Assembly: GCA_045862955.1 (NCBI GenBank)
Contig: BTVI01000043.1
Span: 1 to 23,382, forward strand
Direction of reading: 5' to 3'
From: Fimbriimonadales bacterium
GTDB lineage: Bacteria > Armatimonadota > Fimbriimonadia > Fimbriimonadales > JABRVX01
Length of the DNA stretch: 23,382 nucleotides
Shown here: in pieces, positions 16,359-23,382 of the stretch
How the letters are laid out: the number at the start of each line of letters is the position of its first letter
Numbering within the stretch: position 1 is the first letter of the stretch
Made by a program: the position numbers and the translations under genes
Notes under the pieces: model-generated
Seen by the model: the letters and a program-made list of their open reading frames with translations, nothing else
Databases searched by the model: none
What the model was told of the DNA's origin: nothing

Positions 16359-16680
16359 GGTAAGCCTCCATCCGAGGGCGGATGGAGGCATGGGAAGACC
16401 GTGCTCGGTGAGCCTCCATCCGAGGGCGGATGGAGGCGTGGGAAGACCGTGCTTTGTGAGCCTCCCTCCGAGGGCGGATGTAGGCATGGGAAGACCGTGC
16501 TTGGTGAGCCTCCCTCCGAGGGCGGATGGAGGCATGGGAAGACCGTGCTTGGTGAGCCTCCATCCGAGGGCGGATGTAGGCATGGGCAATTAGTAGGCGG
16601 TGAGCCTTCATCCGAGGGCGGATGGAGGCATGGGCAACACGTAGGCGGTGAGCCTCCATCCGAGGGCGGATGGAGGCATG
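16346..16680. repeat. Tandem array of seven 48-bp units, each with an 11-bp-stem palindrome (REP/BIME-like)
   Basis: Units start at 16346, 16394, 16442, 16490, 16538, 16586 and 16634. Consensus GAAGACCGTGCTYGGTGA-GCCTCCATCCG-AGGG-CGGATGGAGGC-ATGG. Units 6-7 have a different 13-nt linker (GCAATTAGTAGGC, GCAACACGTAGGC). Confidence 0.95.
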
Positions 16681-16709
16681 TCTATAGGCAGGTCAGGTGA
16701 TTCGCGTGG

Positions 16710-16976
16710 CTAGTCCGAGTTCAGGGGGCAGCAGCCCCCGGAACCACAGGGGGTTTCGGACTTCGAACTCGTCTCGCACGCAGGTGGAGCGCCGGGGCGT
16801 GAGGAGTAGTCGTTGATGTGAAAGCCAGGGCCCTTGAATGCTATGCCCACAGCGTGAATCTGCTTCCGGACCCTGCCTCCGCATCGTTCGCACGTAGCGA
16901 CGGGCGGCGCAGTCGCGCTCTGAAACACCTCGAACTCGTGGTCGCACTCTGTGCAGATGTAGCCGTAGGTCGGCAA
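16710..16976 (-). CDS. FmdB-family zinc-ribbon protein
   Basis: MPTYGYICTECDHEFEVFQ...CERCGG...FKGPGFHINDY. TTG start with SD AAGGAGG. Cys-rich tail. Confidence 0.9.
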   Translation of the reverse strand: MPTYGYICTECDHEFEVFQSATAPPVATCERCGGRVRKQIHAVGIAFKGPGFHINDYSSRPGAPPACETSSKSETPCGSGGCCPLNSD

Positions 16977-16988
16977 TCCAATCCCTCC

Positions 16989-17747
16989 TTACACAACGGT
17001 TTGATTTCGTAGCACCATTAGTACAAACGTAGGAAGGGTGAGGACCTTCCCCACCTTCCTCGGATTTCGGGCCACCCGCCACAGCCACTCCAATCCGAGC
17101 CGCTGAAAGGCCCGAGGAGCCCGCTTAGCCACCCCAGCGTACACGTCCAGCGTTCCCCCAACGCCGATGGACACCGGGACGCCGAGCCGTTCGCGATGCC
17201 GCGCTATCCATTTCTCCTGACGCGGCATGCCCATCGCAACCAGCAAGATATCCGGTTTCGCTTCGATGATCCTTGCCAGCACCTCGGGCTCTTCCGACTC
17301 CCGGAAGTACCCGTGGTAGCTGCCGACGATACAGCACCCAGGGTATGCCGTGGCCAGCGCTCGGGCCGCCTTCTCTGCGACGCCAGGAGCTGCACCCAGC
17401 AGATAGACACGGTAGCCATGCTGCTGGCTGAGCCGGCACAACTCGCCTGCCATGTCACAACCCGCCACGCGTCCCCGAATCGCCAGTCCACTGCGCCGAA
17501 GCGCCCAAACGATGCCGCTGCTATCCGGCGTGATCAGGTCGGCGGAAGCGAGCAGTTTGGCCCATTCGCGATCCCTCGTTGCGAGCACGAGTCCCCCCGC
17601 ATCCAGCGTCACCACCAATCGCGGCACGCGCTCATGGATGAACGTTTGCACCCACCGCAACGCGTCGGACATGGTGGTTACATGGATGGGGATTCCCAGC
17701 ACCTCGCCGGCAGGCGTCGGTGCGCTCGCTACTTGAACCGAGGCCAC
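16989..17747 (-). CDS. WecB/TagA/CpsF-family glycosyltransferase (GT26)
   Basis: ADLITPDSSGIVWA, RVAGCD, YLLGAAPGVAEKA, YHGYF, VAMGMPRQEKWI, GVGGTLDV, KRAP...LGLEWLWR. Confidence 0.93.
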   Translation of the reverse strand: MASVQVASAPTPAGEVLGIPIHVTTMSDALRWVQTFIHERVPRLVVTLDAGGLVLATRDREWAKLLASADLITPDSSGIVWALRRSGLAIRGRVAGCDMAGELCRLSQQHGYRVYLLGAAPGVAEKAARALATAYPGCCIVGSYHGYFRESEEPEVLARIIEAKPDILLVAMGMPRQEKWIARHRERLGVPVSIGVGGTLDVYAGVAKRAPRAFQRLGLEWLWRVARNPRKVGKVLTLPTFVLMVLRNQTVV

Positions 17748-17751
17748 TGTG

Positions 17752-20196
17752 TCAGGATTCTACCTTCGGTTTCGTGGCAGCCTTCCACTTGGGGCGATGA
17801 TCGTTGCGTGAGCGAGGAGCCTCCAGGGCCAGGCGCAGCACCTCTTCCGCGCGCGAGACGTAGTGAATGGTCATCTCCTCGCGGATCTCGCGAGGAATGT
17901 CCTCCAGGATGTCCTTCTTGTTACGCTCTGGGAGCAGCACGGTGCGTACGCCGGCTCGATAGGCCGCAAGCACCTTCTCCTTGATGCCTCCAACCGGCAG
18001 CACCTGTCCGCGAAGTGTGATCTCTCCGGTCAGCGCAAGGCGCGATCGGAACGGCCTCCCGGTCAGCAGGCCCGCGAGAGACGCCAGAATGGCCACGCCG
18101 GCACTCGGTCCGTCCTTCGGAGTGGCGCCGGCGGGAACGTGCACATGGATATCGTTCTTCTCGAAGAAGTCCGGAGGGATTCCGTACGCCTCGGCGTTGG
18201 TGCGCAGGAAACTAAGAGCGGCCTGCGCCGACTCGCGCATCACCTCGCCGAGCTGCCCGGTCAGCACGAGGGTCTTTCCTCCCGGCATCTTGGTGCTCTC
18301 GATGAACAGAATGTCTCCGCCCGCAGGGGTCCACGCGAGTCCGACTGCGACCCCTGGCTCCATCTTGCGCTCCATGACGGCCTCGCGAAGGAAAACCGGT
18401 GGGCCCAAGAACTCGCCGAGGTTCGCCGAGGTCACCGTCAGAGGTTCCTCGTTGCCCTCTGCGATGCGACGAGCGGCCTTGCGGCAGACGGCAGCGATTC
18501 GTCGTTCCAGATTGCGCACGCCCGCCTCGCGGGTGTAGTTGGCAATAATGTGTCGCAACGCGCTTTGGTAGAACTTCAGCTGGCCCTTCTCTAGGCCGTG
18601 CTCTGCGAGCTGCTTCGGGACCAGGTGCTTTCGAGCGATCGCCACCTTCTCTTCGTCCGTGTAGCCCGACAGCTCGATCACCTCCATGCGGTCGCGAAGT
18701 GGAGGCGGGATCGTGTCCAGCAGGTTCGCAGTCGTGATGAAAAAGACACGGCTAAGGTCGAAGTTGACGTCGAAGTAGTGGTCCCGAAATGCGTTGTTCT
18801 GTTCCGGGTCGAGCACTTCCAGCATTGCCGAGGAAGGGTCACCACGGAAGTCCGAGCCGAGTTTGTCAATTTCGTCGAGCATGAAAACGGGGTTGTTGGA
18901 GCCTGCTCGGCGAAGCCCTTGCATGATCTGGCCGGGGAGCGCGCCGATGTACGTTCTGCGGTGGCCGCGGATCTCCGCCTCGTCCCTCATGCCGCCCAGC
19001 GAGATGCGCACGAACTTTCGTCCGAGCGCCTCGGCGATGGAGCGGCCCAGCGACGTCTTGCCGGTTCCGGGGGGACCCACGAAGGCGAGAATGGGTTGAC
19101 GAACCGGCCCGCCCTTGACGCGTCTCACCGCCAGAAACTCGATGATGCGCTCCTTGATCTTGTCTAGGCCATGGTGGTCACGGTCCAACACGCGCTTCAC
19201 ACGGTGTAGGTCGAGATTGTCCTCGGTGCTCACGGACCAAGGCAGCGCAACCATCCAGTCGATGTAGGTGCGGGCGACCGAGTACTCGGGCGAGCCCGCG
19301 GACATGCGGCGAAGGCGGTCGAGCTCCCTGCGACACTCCTTCTCGGCTTCCTCGCTCATCCCCGCCTCGCGGATCTTGGCCTCCAGCTCCTCGAGTTCCA
19401 TCTGCTGGTCTTCGCCCTCGCCCAGCTCCCGTTGGATGGCTCGAAGCTGCTCGCGCAGGTAGTACTCGCGTTGCGACTTGCTCAGCTCGGTGGTGACTTC
19501 GCTTTGCACTTTGCTGGACAGCTCCAGCACGCGCACTTCGCGACCCAGAATGGCCATCAGGGCTCGCAGCCGCGGCCCCAGCTCTACGGTCTCCAGGATC
19601 TTCTGCTTGTCCACTACGCTCAGCGGCATGTGGGCCGCGACGAGGTCGGCAAGCACGTTCGGCTCCGAGACCGACTGTGTGAGCGAACGAAGCTCGTCGG
19701 GAAGCTGGGGCGAGAGGGAGACCGCTCGCTCGAACAAGGTGGCGACGCCTCGCCGAAGGGCCTCTATCTCGATGGCTGCTTCACCTTCCGGTTGCGGCGG
19801 TTCCGGGAGATGCTCGATGCGAGCCCGTAGGTAGGGGTCTTCCTGGATCGGCTCGACTATGCGGAAACGCGAGAGACCCTGTACGATGAGGCGCACCCCG
19901 TCGGCCATCTTGACCATCGTGCGGATGATCACTGCACACCCGTACTCGTACACCTCGGCAAACGAAGGCTTTTCCGTGCTCGGGTCGCGCTGCGCTACCA
20001 CGCCGATGATGCGCTTGTTGCCCAAAATGCTGTCATCCACCAGCTGGATCGAGTGCTCGCGGCCGACTGCGAGCGGAGCAATCAGCATTGGGAACACCAC
20101 AGCATCCCGAAGCGGCAAGAGGTTCAGCTCACCAGGAATATCTGGCCTAGTCTCCTCTTCGTCAGTCGGTTGATCGACCAGGGTGGGAAGTTCCAT
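17752..20196 (-). CDS. lon: ATP-dependent protease La (Lon)
   Basis: N-domain LPLRDAVVFP, Walker A GPPGTGKTS, DEAEIRGHRRTYIGA, LDEIDK, catalytic PKDGPSAG (Ser) and GGIKEK (Lys). Confidence 0.98.
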   Translation of the reverse strand: MELPTLVDQPTDEEETRPDIPGELNLLPLRDAVVFPMLIAPLAVGREHSIQLVDDSILGNKRIIGVVAQRDPSTEKPSFAEVYEYGCAVIIRTMVKMADGVRLIVQGLSRFRIVEPIQEDPYLRARIEHLPEPPQPEGEAAIEIEALRRGVATLFERAVSLSPQLPDELRSLTQSVSEPNVLADLVAAHMPLSVVDKQKILETVELGPRLRALMAILGREVRVLELSSKVQSEVTTELSKSQREYYLREQLRAIQRELGEGEDQQMELEELEAKIREAGMSEEAEKECRRELDRLRRMSAGSPEYSVARTYIDWMVALPWSVSTEDNLDLHRVKRVLDRDHHGLDKIKERIIEFLAVRRVKGGPVRQPILAFVGPPGTGKTSLGRSIAEALGRKFVRISLGGMRDEAEIRGHRRTYIGALPGQIMQGLRRAGSNNPVFMLDEIDKLGSDFRGDPSSAMLEVLDPEQNNAFRDHYFDVNFDLSRVFFITTANLLDTIPPPLRDRMEVIELSGYTDEEKVAIARKHLVPKQLAEHGLEKGQLKFYQSALRHIIANYTREAGVRNLERRIAAVCRKAARRIAEGNEEPLTVTSANLGEFLGPPVFLREAVMERKMEPGVAVGLAWTPAGGDILFIESTKMPGGKTLVLTGQLGEVMRESAQAALSFLRTNAEAYGIPPDFFEKNDIHVHVPAGATPKDGPSAGVAILASLAGLLTGRPFRSRLALTGEITLRGQVLPVGGIKEKVLAAYRAGVRTVLLPERNKKDILEDIPREIREEMTIHYVSRAEEVLRLALEAPRSRNDHRPKWKAATKPKVES

Positions 20197-20200
20197 GCGA

Positions 20201-20659
20201 CTATCCTTCGACTACGGGGATGGTGCGTGCTTCAGACGGCAGGTCGCTCTTCGGCACAGTAATGGTGAGCATCCCGCTTCGGTAGTTCGCGGTAATCCGG
20301 TCAACGTCGATGGGGATGTTCGGCAGCGGCACTTCCCGCAGGAAGTCCCCGTAGTAAATCTCCAACTGGAAGCACCGCGTGCGCTTAGCCCCCTCAGCTT
20401 CGTTCTCCGCTCGGGACCCTCGCAGGATGAGCGACTTTCGGTCTGGTGAGAAGGACACCGAGATTGCGTCCGGGTCCATACCTGCGATCTCGGCGATCAC
20501 CATGATTGCGTCTTCCGTCTCACACACATCCACCCGAGGTTCCCAGAACCTTCGTGCCGTAACGGGGGAGTTCAACGCCCCGTGAAGCAGTTCCTCTGAT
20601 AGGGACTGTAGCTCGGTACCGATCTGCCAGAACCAGTCAGCTTGGCGTCTTCGTGCCAT
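20201..20659 (-). CDS. Hsp20/alpha-crystallin small heat-shock protein (152 aa)
   Basis: WEPRVDVCETED, AEIAGM, QLEIYYGDFLREVPLP, ANYRSGMLTITVPK. Start reset to ATG 20659 (MARRRQ...) with GGGAG upstream. Overlaps the upstream gene end by 23 nt. Confidence 0.92.
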   Translation of the reverse strand: MARRRQADWFWQIGTELQSLSEELLHGALNSPVTARRFWEPRVDVCETEDAIMVIAEIAGMDPDAISVSFSPDRKSLILRGSRAENEAEGAKRTRCFQLEIYYGDFLREVPLPNIPIDVDRITANYRSGMLTITVPKSDLPSEARTIPVVEG

Positions 20660-22340
20660 CTTCTTCTCCCTCTGAGCCGGGTTCGGCTTCGTGTGCATCG
20701 GAGTGAGAGCGTGCGATCGGCGAAGTGGCGAACCCAAAGGAGATTCGTACCTCATAAGCCCGTGGCCAGGGTAGGTCGATGCTGACGTCCACGAGCTCGG
20801 TGAGGATATCCCAACGATTTGTCCCATCGGACGCGACCTTCGTCCCCAGGAAACCTATTCGGAAAAACGACTCGAGCATCTTCGCGGTGTGCTTTGCCAC
20901 GAAGCGTGTGAGAAGAACGAGGTCCTCACCGTGGACCTCTTCTTTGCGACCCTTCAGATCGTTGGTCAGGTAAGCATAAGCCTGCGGCCGGATGTAGTTG
21001 TGATAACCGTACTCCCCCGCCAGGCGCTGCAGAATGAAGGCGCGTTGGCTCAGCTCCCGTGCCCTCGGATCGAGCTGAGGGTCGCGCAGTGCGAGCCAAT
21101 ACACGATGGCTTGCGGGAGGGCCGTGCCCAACGTGTTGCTCACGGTGTTCCACCCCGCGTATCCCGCCAGGTAGCCGCACAGCTTGCTCTCCAACAAGAA
21201 GCGGACCAAGGCGGGGTCCGCGGTGCCGCCCGCGTCTAGATTGAGGTCGGCGAGCGCGACGAGCCGCCCCGCCGCCAGGTCGTCCCTCAGCGTGCGCTGG
21301 AACTCGGCTAGGTCCTCCGCGCTTCGGCCATAGCTGTTGATAGAAAGAACTACGTCCGCCTCGTCCTTCGATGCCGCGGGGCGTGCGCCGGCACCGAACA
21401 CTTGCATCTGGACCGCCTGCTCCGTAGTCTGGCCTTCGTTCGGTGCGACGACAGCCTTTCCCGACTCGCTGGACCACTGCACCCAGATGCGTGGGGTCAG
21501 TCGCTCGGCCCGCACCAGGGCACGCGCGAGAAGCACGCATGCGGTCTGGTCGATACCCCCGCAGATCATCGCCTTACCGGCAATACCCTCGCGTTCCAGC
21601 AGCGCCTTGAGCGAGGCCCGCTCCAGCCGATGAGGGCCATATGGCTCGGCGTCGTCTTGCCCGAAGATGAGAAAGTCGATCGCCCCTTCTTTCAACAGCC
21701 GGACCAGGTGTCGCTGGACTTTCGCGTTCCTCTCGCGCGTACGCTCGTACTTCTCCAACTCGCCCTTGGGCACTTTCACGAGGTGCTCTCGGGCTTTCGT
21801 TGCCGCTCCCTTGCTTCCGGTCGCCCGGTACTGGTCCTGGTAGTAAAGGTACTTCGCCAGCTCCATGCGCCACGGAGCCGCGTCCTTCGTAGCGGTCGGT
21901 GCGGTACGCATGATGGTGCTGAACACATAGATAGGAAGGTCCGGACGGTCTGCGCGAATGGCCTGCAACAGCTCCAGCCGCTGTTCGGCCTTGGCCTGAG
22001 AGACGGCATCCGTACGCGAGGGGACCAGCCCTCCGTAGCACAGCATGTCCGCGGAAACGATGATTGCATCCACTCCCGACCGAGAGGTCTCCCTCAGCCA
22101 GACGGCTAACTCATCGCACTTTCCGGGAGTGCGAAACACCCCCAACATGGCCTCGGGAGGGGCCAACACCGACACCCCGGCGATCTGACCCATCATCACC
22201 GGCATCTGTGTGCATGCCGGGCGGGAGTCGAGAGGCAGGAGCGCGATGCGTCCATGCATCTTCGAGAGTGGCGACTCCTGGGCGGGCGTGACCTGTTGAA
22301 GGCAAGCGGTGGCGACGATCAGACCGAATACGGACAGCAA
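20637..22340 (-). CDS. Exported DUF4127-family protein
   Basis: IALLPLDSRP, VSADMLCYGGLVPSR, IFGQDDA, LAGYAGWNTVSNTLGTAL and LPWPRAYEV motifs. Short hydrophobic N-terminus. TTG start with AAAGGAG. Confidence 0.85.
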   Translation of the reverse strand: MLSVFGLIVATACLQQVTPAQESPLSKMHGRIALLPLDSRPACTQMPVMMGQIAGVSVLAPPEAMLGVFRTPGKCDELAVWLRETSRSGVDAIIVSADMLCYGGLVPSRTDAVSQAKAEQRLELLQAIRADRPDLPIYVFSTIMRTAPTATKDAAPWRMELAKYLYYQDQYRATGSKGAATKAREHLVKVPKGELEKYERTRERNAKVQRHLVRLLKEGAIDFLIFGQDDAEPYGPHRLERASLKALLEREGIAGKAMICGGIDQTACVLLARALVRAERLTPRIWVQWSSESGKAVVAPNEGQTTEQAVQMQVFGAGARPAASKDEADVVLSINSYGRSAEDLAEFQRTLRDDLAAGRLVALADLNLDAGGTADPALVRFLLESKLCGYLAGYAGWNTVSNTLGTALPQAIVYWLALRDPQLDPRARELSQRAFILQRLAGEYGYHNYIRPQAYAYLTNDLKGRKEEVHGEDLVLLTRFVAKHTAKMLESFFRIGFLGTKVASDGTNRWDILTELVDVSIDLPWPRAYEVRISFGFATSPIARSHSDAHEAEPGSEGEEDGTKTPS

Positions 22341-22341
22341 G

Positions 22342-23337
22342 TCACTCTCCTTTTGGTGTGCGATGCATTAGCTCGCGTACCGCGTCCATCGGTGTGAGTG
22401 TTCCCGAGAGCACGCGGTGAATCGCGTGAAACAGCGGCATCTCCACATGGTGGCGCTCCGACAGCAGCACCGCTGCGTGTGCCGTCGGCACCCCTTCGGC
22501 CACCTGTTGCACTTCTCGAATGGCGTCCGCCAGCGGGACGCCTCGGCCCACGGCATGACCCACGCGATAATTGCGACTGTAGGTGCTGACGGCAGTGGCG
22601 AAGAGGTCTCCGACGCCTGCGAGCCCCATGAACGTCCTCGGCTCAGCACCCATCGCCACTCCCAGCCTCGCCATCTCGGCTAGTCCTCGAGTCAACACCG
22701 CTGCCTTGGTGTTGTCCCGGAAGCCCAACCCGTCGGTCATTCCGCCGCCGATGGCGAGCACGTTTTTGAGCGCGCCCGCGAGCTCCACGCCGATTACGTC
22801 TTCGCCCGTGTACACCCGAAGCGTCGGAGACATGAACAGCGTCTGCAGGTCTGTGGCGAGCGCGCGATCCCGCGACGCGATCACGGTGGCGGTGGGGAGC
22901 CCCGCAGCCAGCTCCTTGGCAAGATTGGGACCTGACAGGGCGGCGACCTTCGCTTGCGGTCCGAGCACCTCGAAGGCCAACTCACTCATCAGCTTGCCGG
23001 TATCTCCTTCGAGTCCCTTCGCTGCCATCACCCAAGGCAGGTCCCGCAGCTGCGGCACGGCAACGCACCTCTGAAGCACCTCACGCGCTGCCCCACTAGG
23101 CACTGCCAGAATCGCTACCCGCGCGGCGTTCGCAGCCTCATCCAGATCGTCGAAGGCTTGCACACACTCCGGCAGCGTGTGGCCCGGCAGATACTTCTCG
23201 TTCACGCGCGAAGCACGCAGCCGCTGTATCTCGGCGCTGTCGCGCCCCCAGAGGGAGACGGAGACGTCTTTGCGCCCGAGCACTAGGGCGAGAGCCGTTC
23301 CCCAGCTTCCGGCGCCGACAATCACTGCATCGCTCAC
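22342..23337 (-). CDS. gpsA: NAD(P)H-dependent glycerol-3-phosphate dehydrogenase
   Basis: GAGSWGTALA Rossmann motif, KGLE, LSGPNLAKE, GVELAGALKNVLAI, GLAGVGDL, SRNYRVG, VAEGV. Confidence 0.97.
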   Translation of the reverse strand: MSDAVIVGAGSWGTALALVLGRKDVSVSLWGRDSAEIQRLRASRVNEKYLPGHTLPECVQAFDDLDEAANAARVAILAVPSGAAREVLQRCVAVPQLRDLPWVMAAKGLEGDTGKLMSELAFEVLGPQAKVAALSGPNLAKELAAGLPTATVIASRDRALATDLQTLFMSPTLRVYTGEDVIGVELAGALKNVLAIGGGMTDGLGFRDNTKAAVLTRGLAEMARLGVAMGAEPRTFMGLAGVGDLFATAVSTYSRNYRVGHAVGRGVPLADAIREVQQVAEGVPTAHAAVLLSERHHVEMPLFHAIHRVLSGTLTPMDAVRELMHRTPKGE

Positions 23338-23382
23338 GCAGGTCGATCCCCTTCCCGTGTCGCCTGCCAGTCGGCGCAGGCG
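23334..23382 (-). CDS. Possible 3' end of an upstream gene (unidentified)
   Basis: The gpsA GTG is part of GTGA (TGA at 23336-23334). That frame is open to the window edge (...ACADWQATREGDRPA*). Confidence 0.3.
   Translation of the reverse strand, partial: ACADWQATREGDRPA

Noticed and set aside
16346..16680. CRISPR array
   Set aside because: The would-be spacers are only 13 nt and nearly identical (five of one type, two of another). There are no cas genes and no AT-rich leader.
15940..16700. Repeat-protein ORFs over the array (15940-16659 -, 16239-16589 -, 16293-16700 +, 16390-16593 +)
   Set aside because: A 48-bp unit that is stop-free in most frames opens several frames on both strands at once. 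None has a good SD, the longest overlaps the DUF3352-like gene antisense, and the conserved feature is the DNA palindrome.
20660..20827. ORF-track N-terminal extension of hsp20 (likewise 6326-6418, 10789-10869, 14132-14290, 14184-14369)
   Set aside because: These extensions overlap neighbouring genes or each other. Better starts with SD motifs or stop/start overlaps lie downstream.
1114..23286. Numerous other 60-280 aa ORFs nested in or antisense to the called genes
   Set aside because: Arg/Pro/Ser/Ala-rich off-frame translations typical of high-GC DNA, with no recognisable motifs.

Overview
GC-rich bacterial chromosomal window, mostly housekeeping and envelope genes. The content (outer-membrane beta-barrel, SBP-permease fusion, hsp20-lon pair, probable leaderless starts) suggests a diderm such as Armatimonadota, which is inference only. 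Left to right: a truncated PDZ/radical-SAM-like DUF512 gene (-, missed by the ORF track) divergent from tilS-ftsH (+); a CUT1 sugar ABC pair (-) with the binding protein fused to one permease; a small outer-membrane beta-barrel; a Tat-exported PaoABC-like molybdo-flavoenzyme operon with a fourth, Cys-rich small gene; a small secreted protein; a DUF3352-like protein (+); a ~630 bp hairpin-dense intergenic region ending in a 7 x 48 bp palindromic tandem array; and a tightly packed minus-strand run gpsA-DUF4127-hsp20-lon-WecB/TagA-FmdB. No rRNA, tRNA, transposase, cas gene or true CRISPR array was seen. Several ORF-track starts were corrected using SD and overlap evidence. All family assignments come from motif recognition by eye, with no database search.
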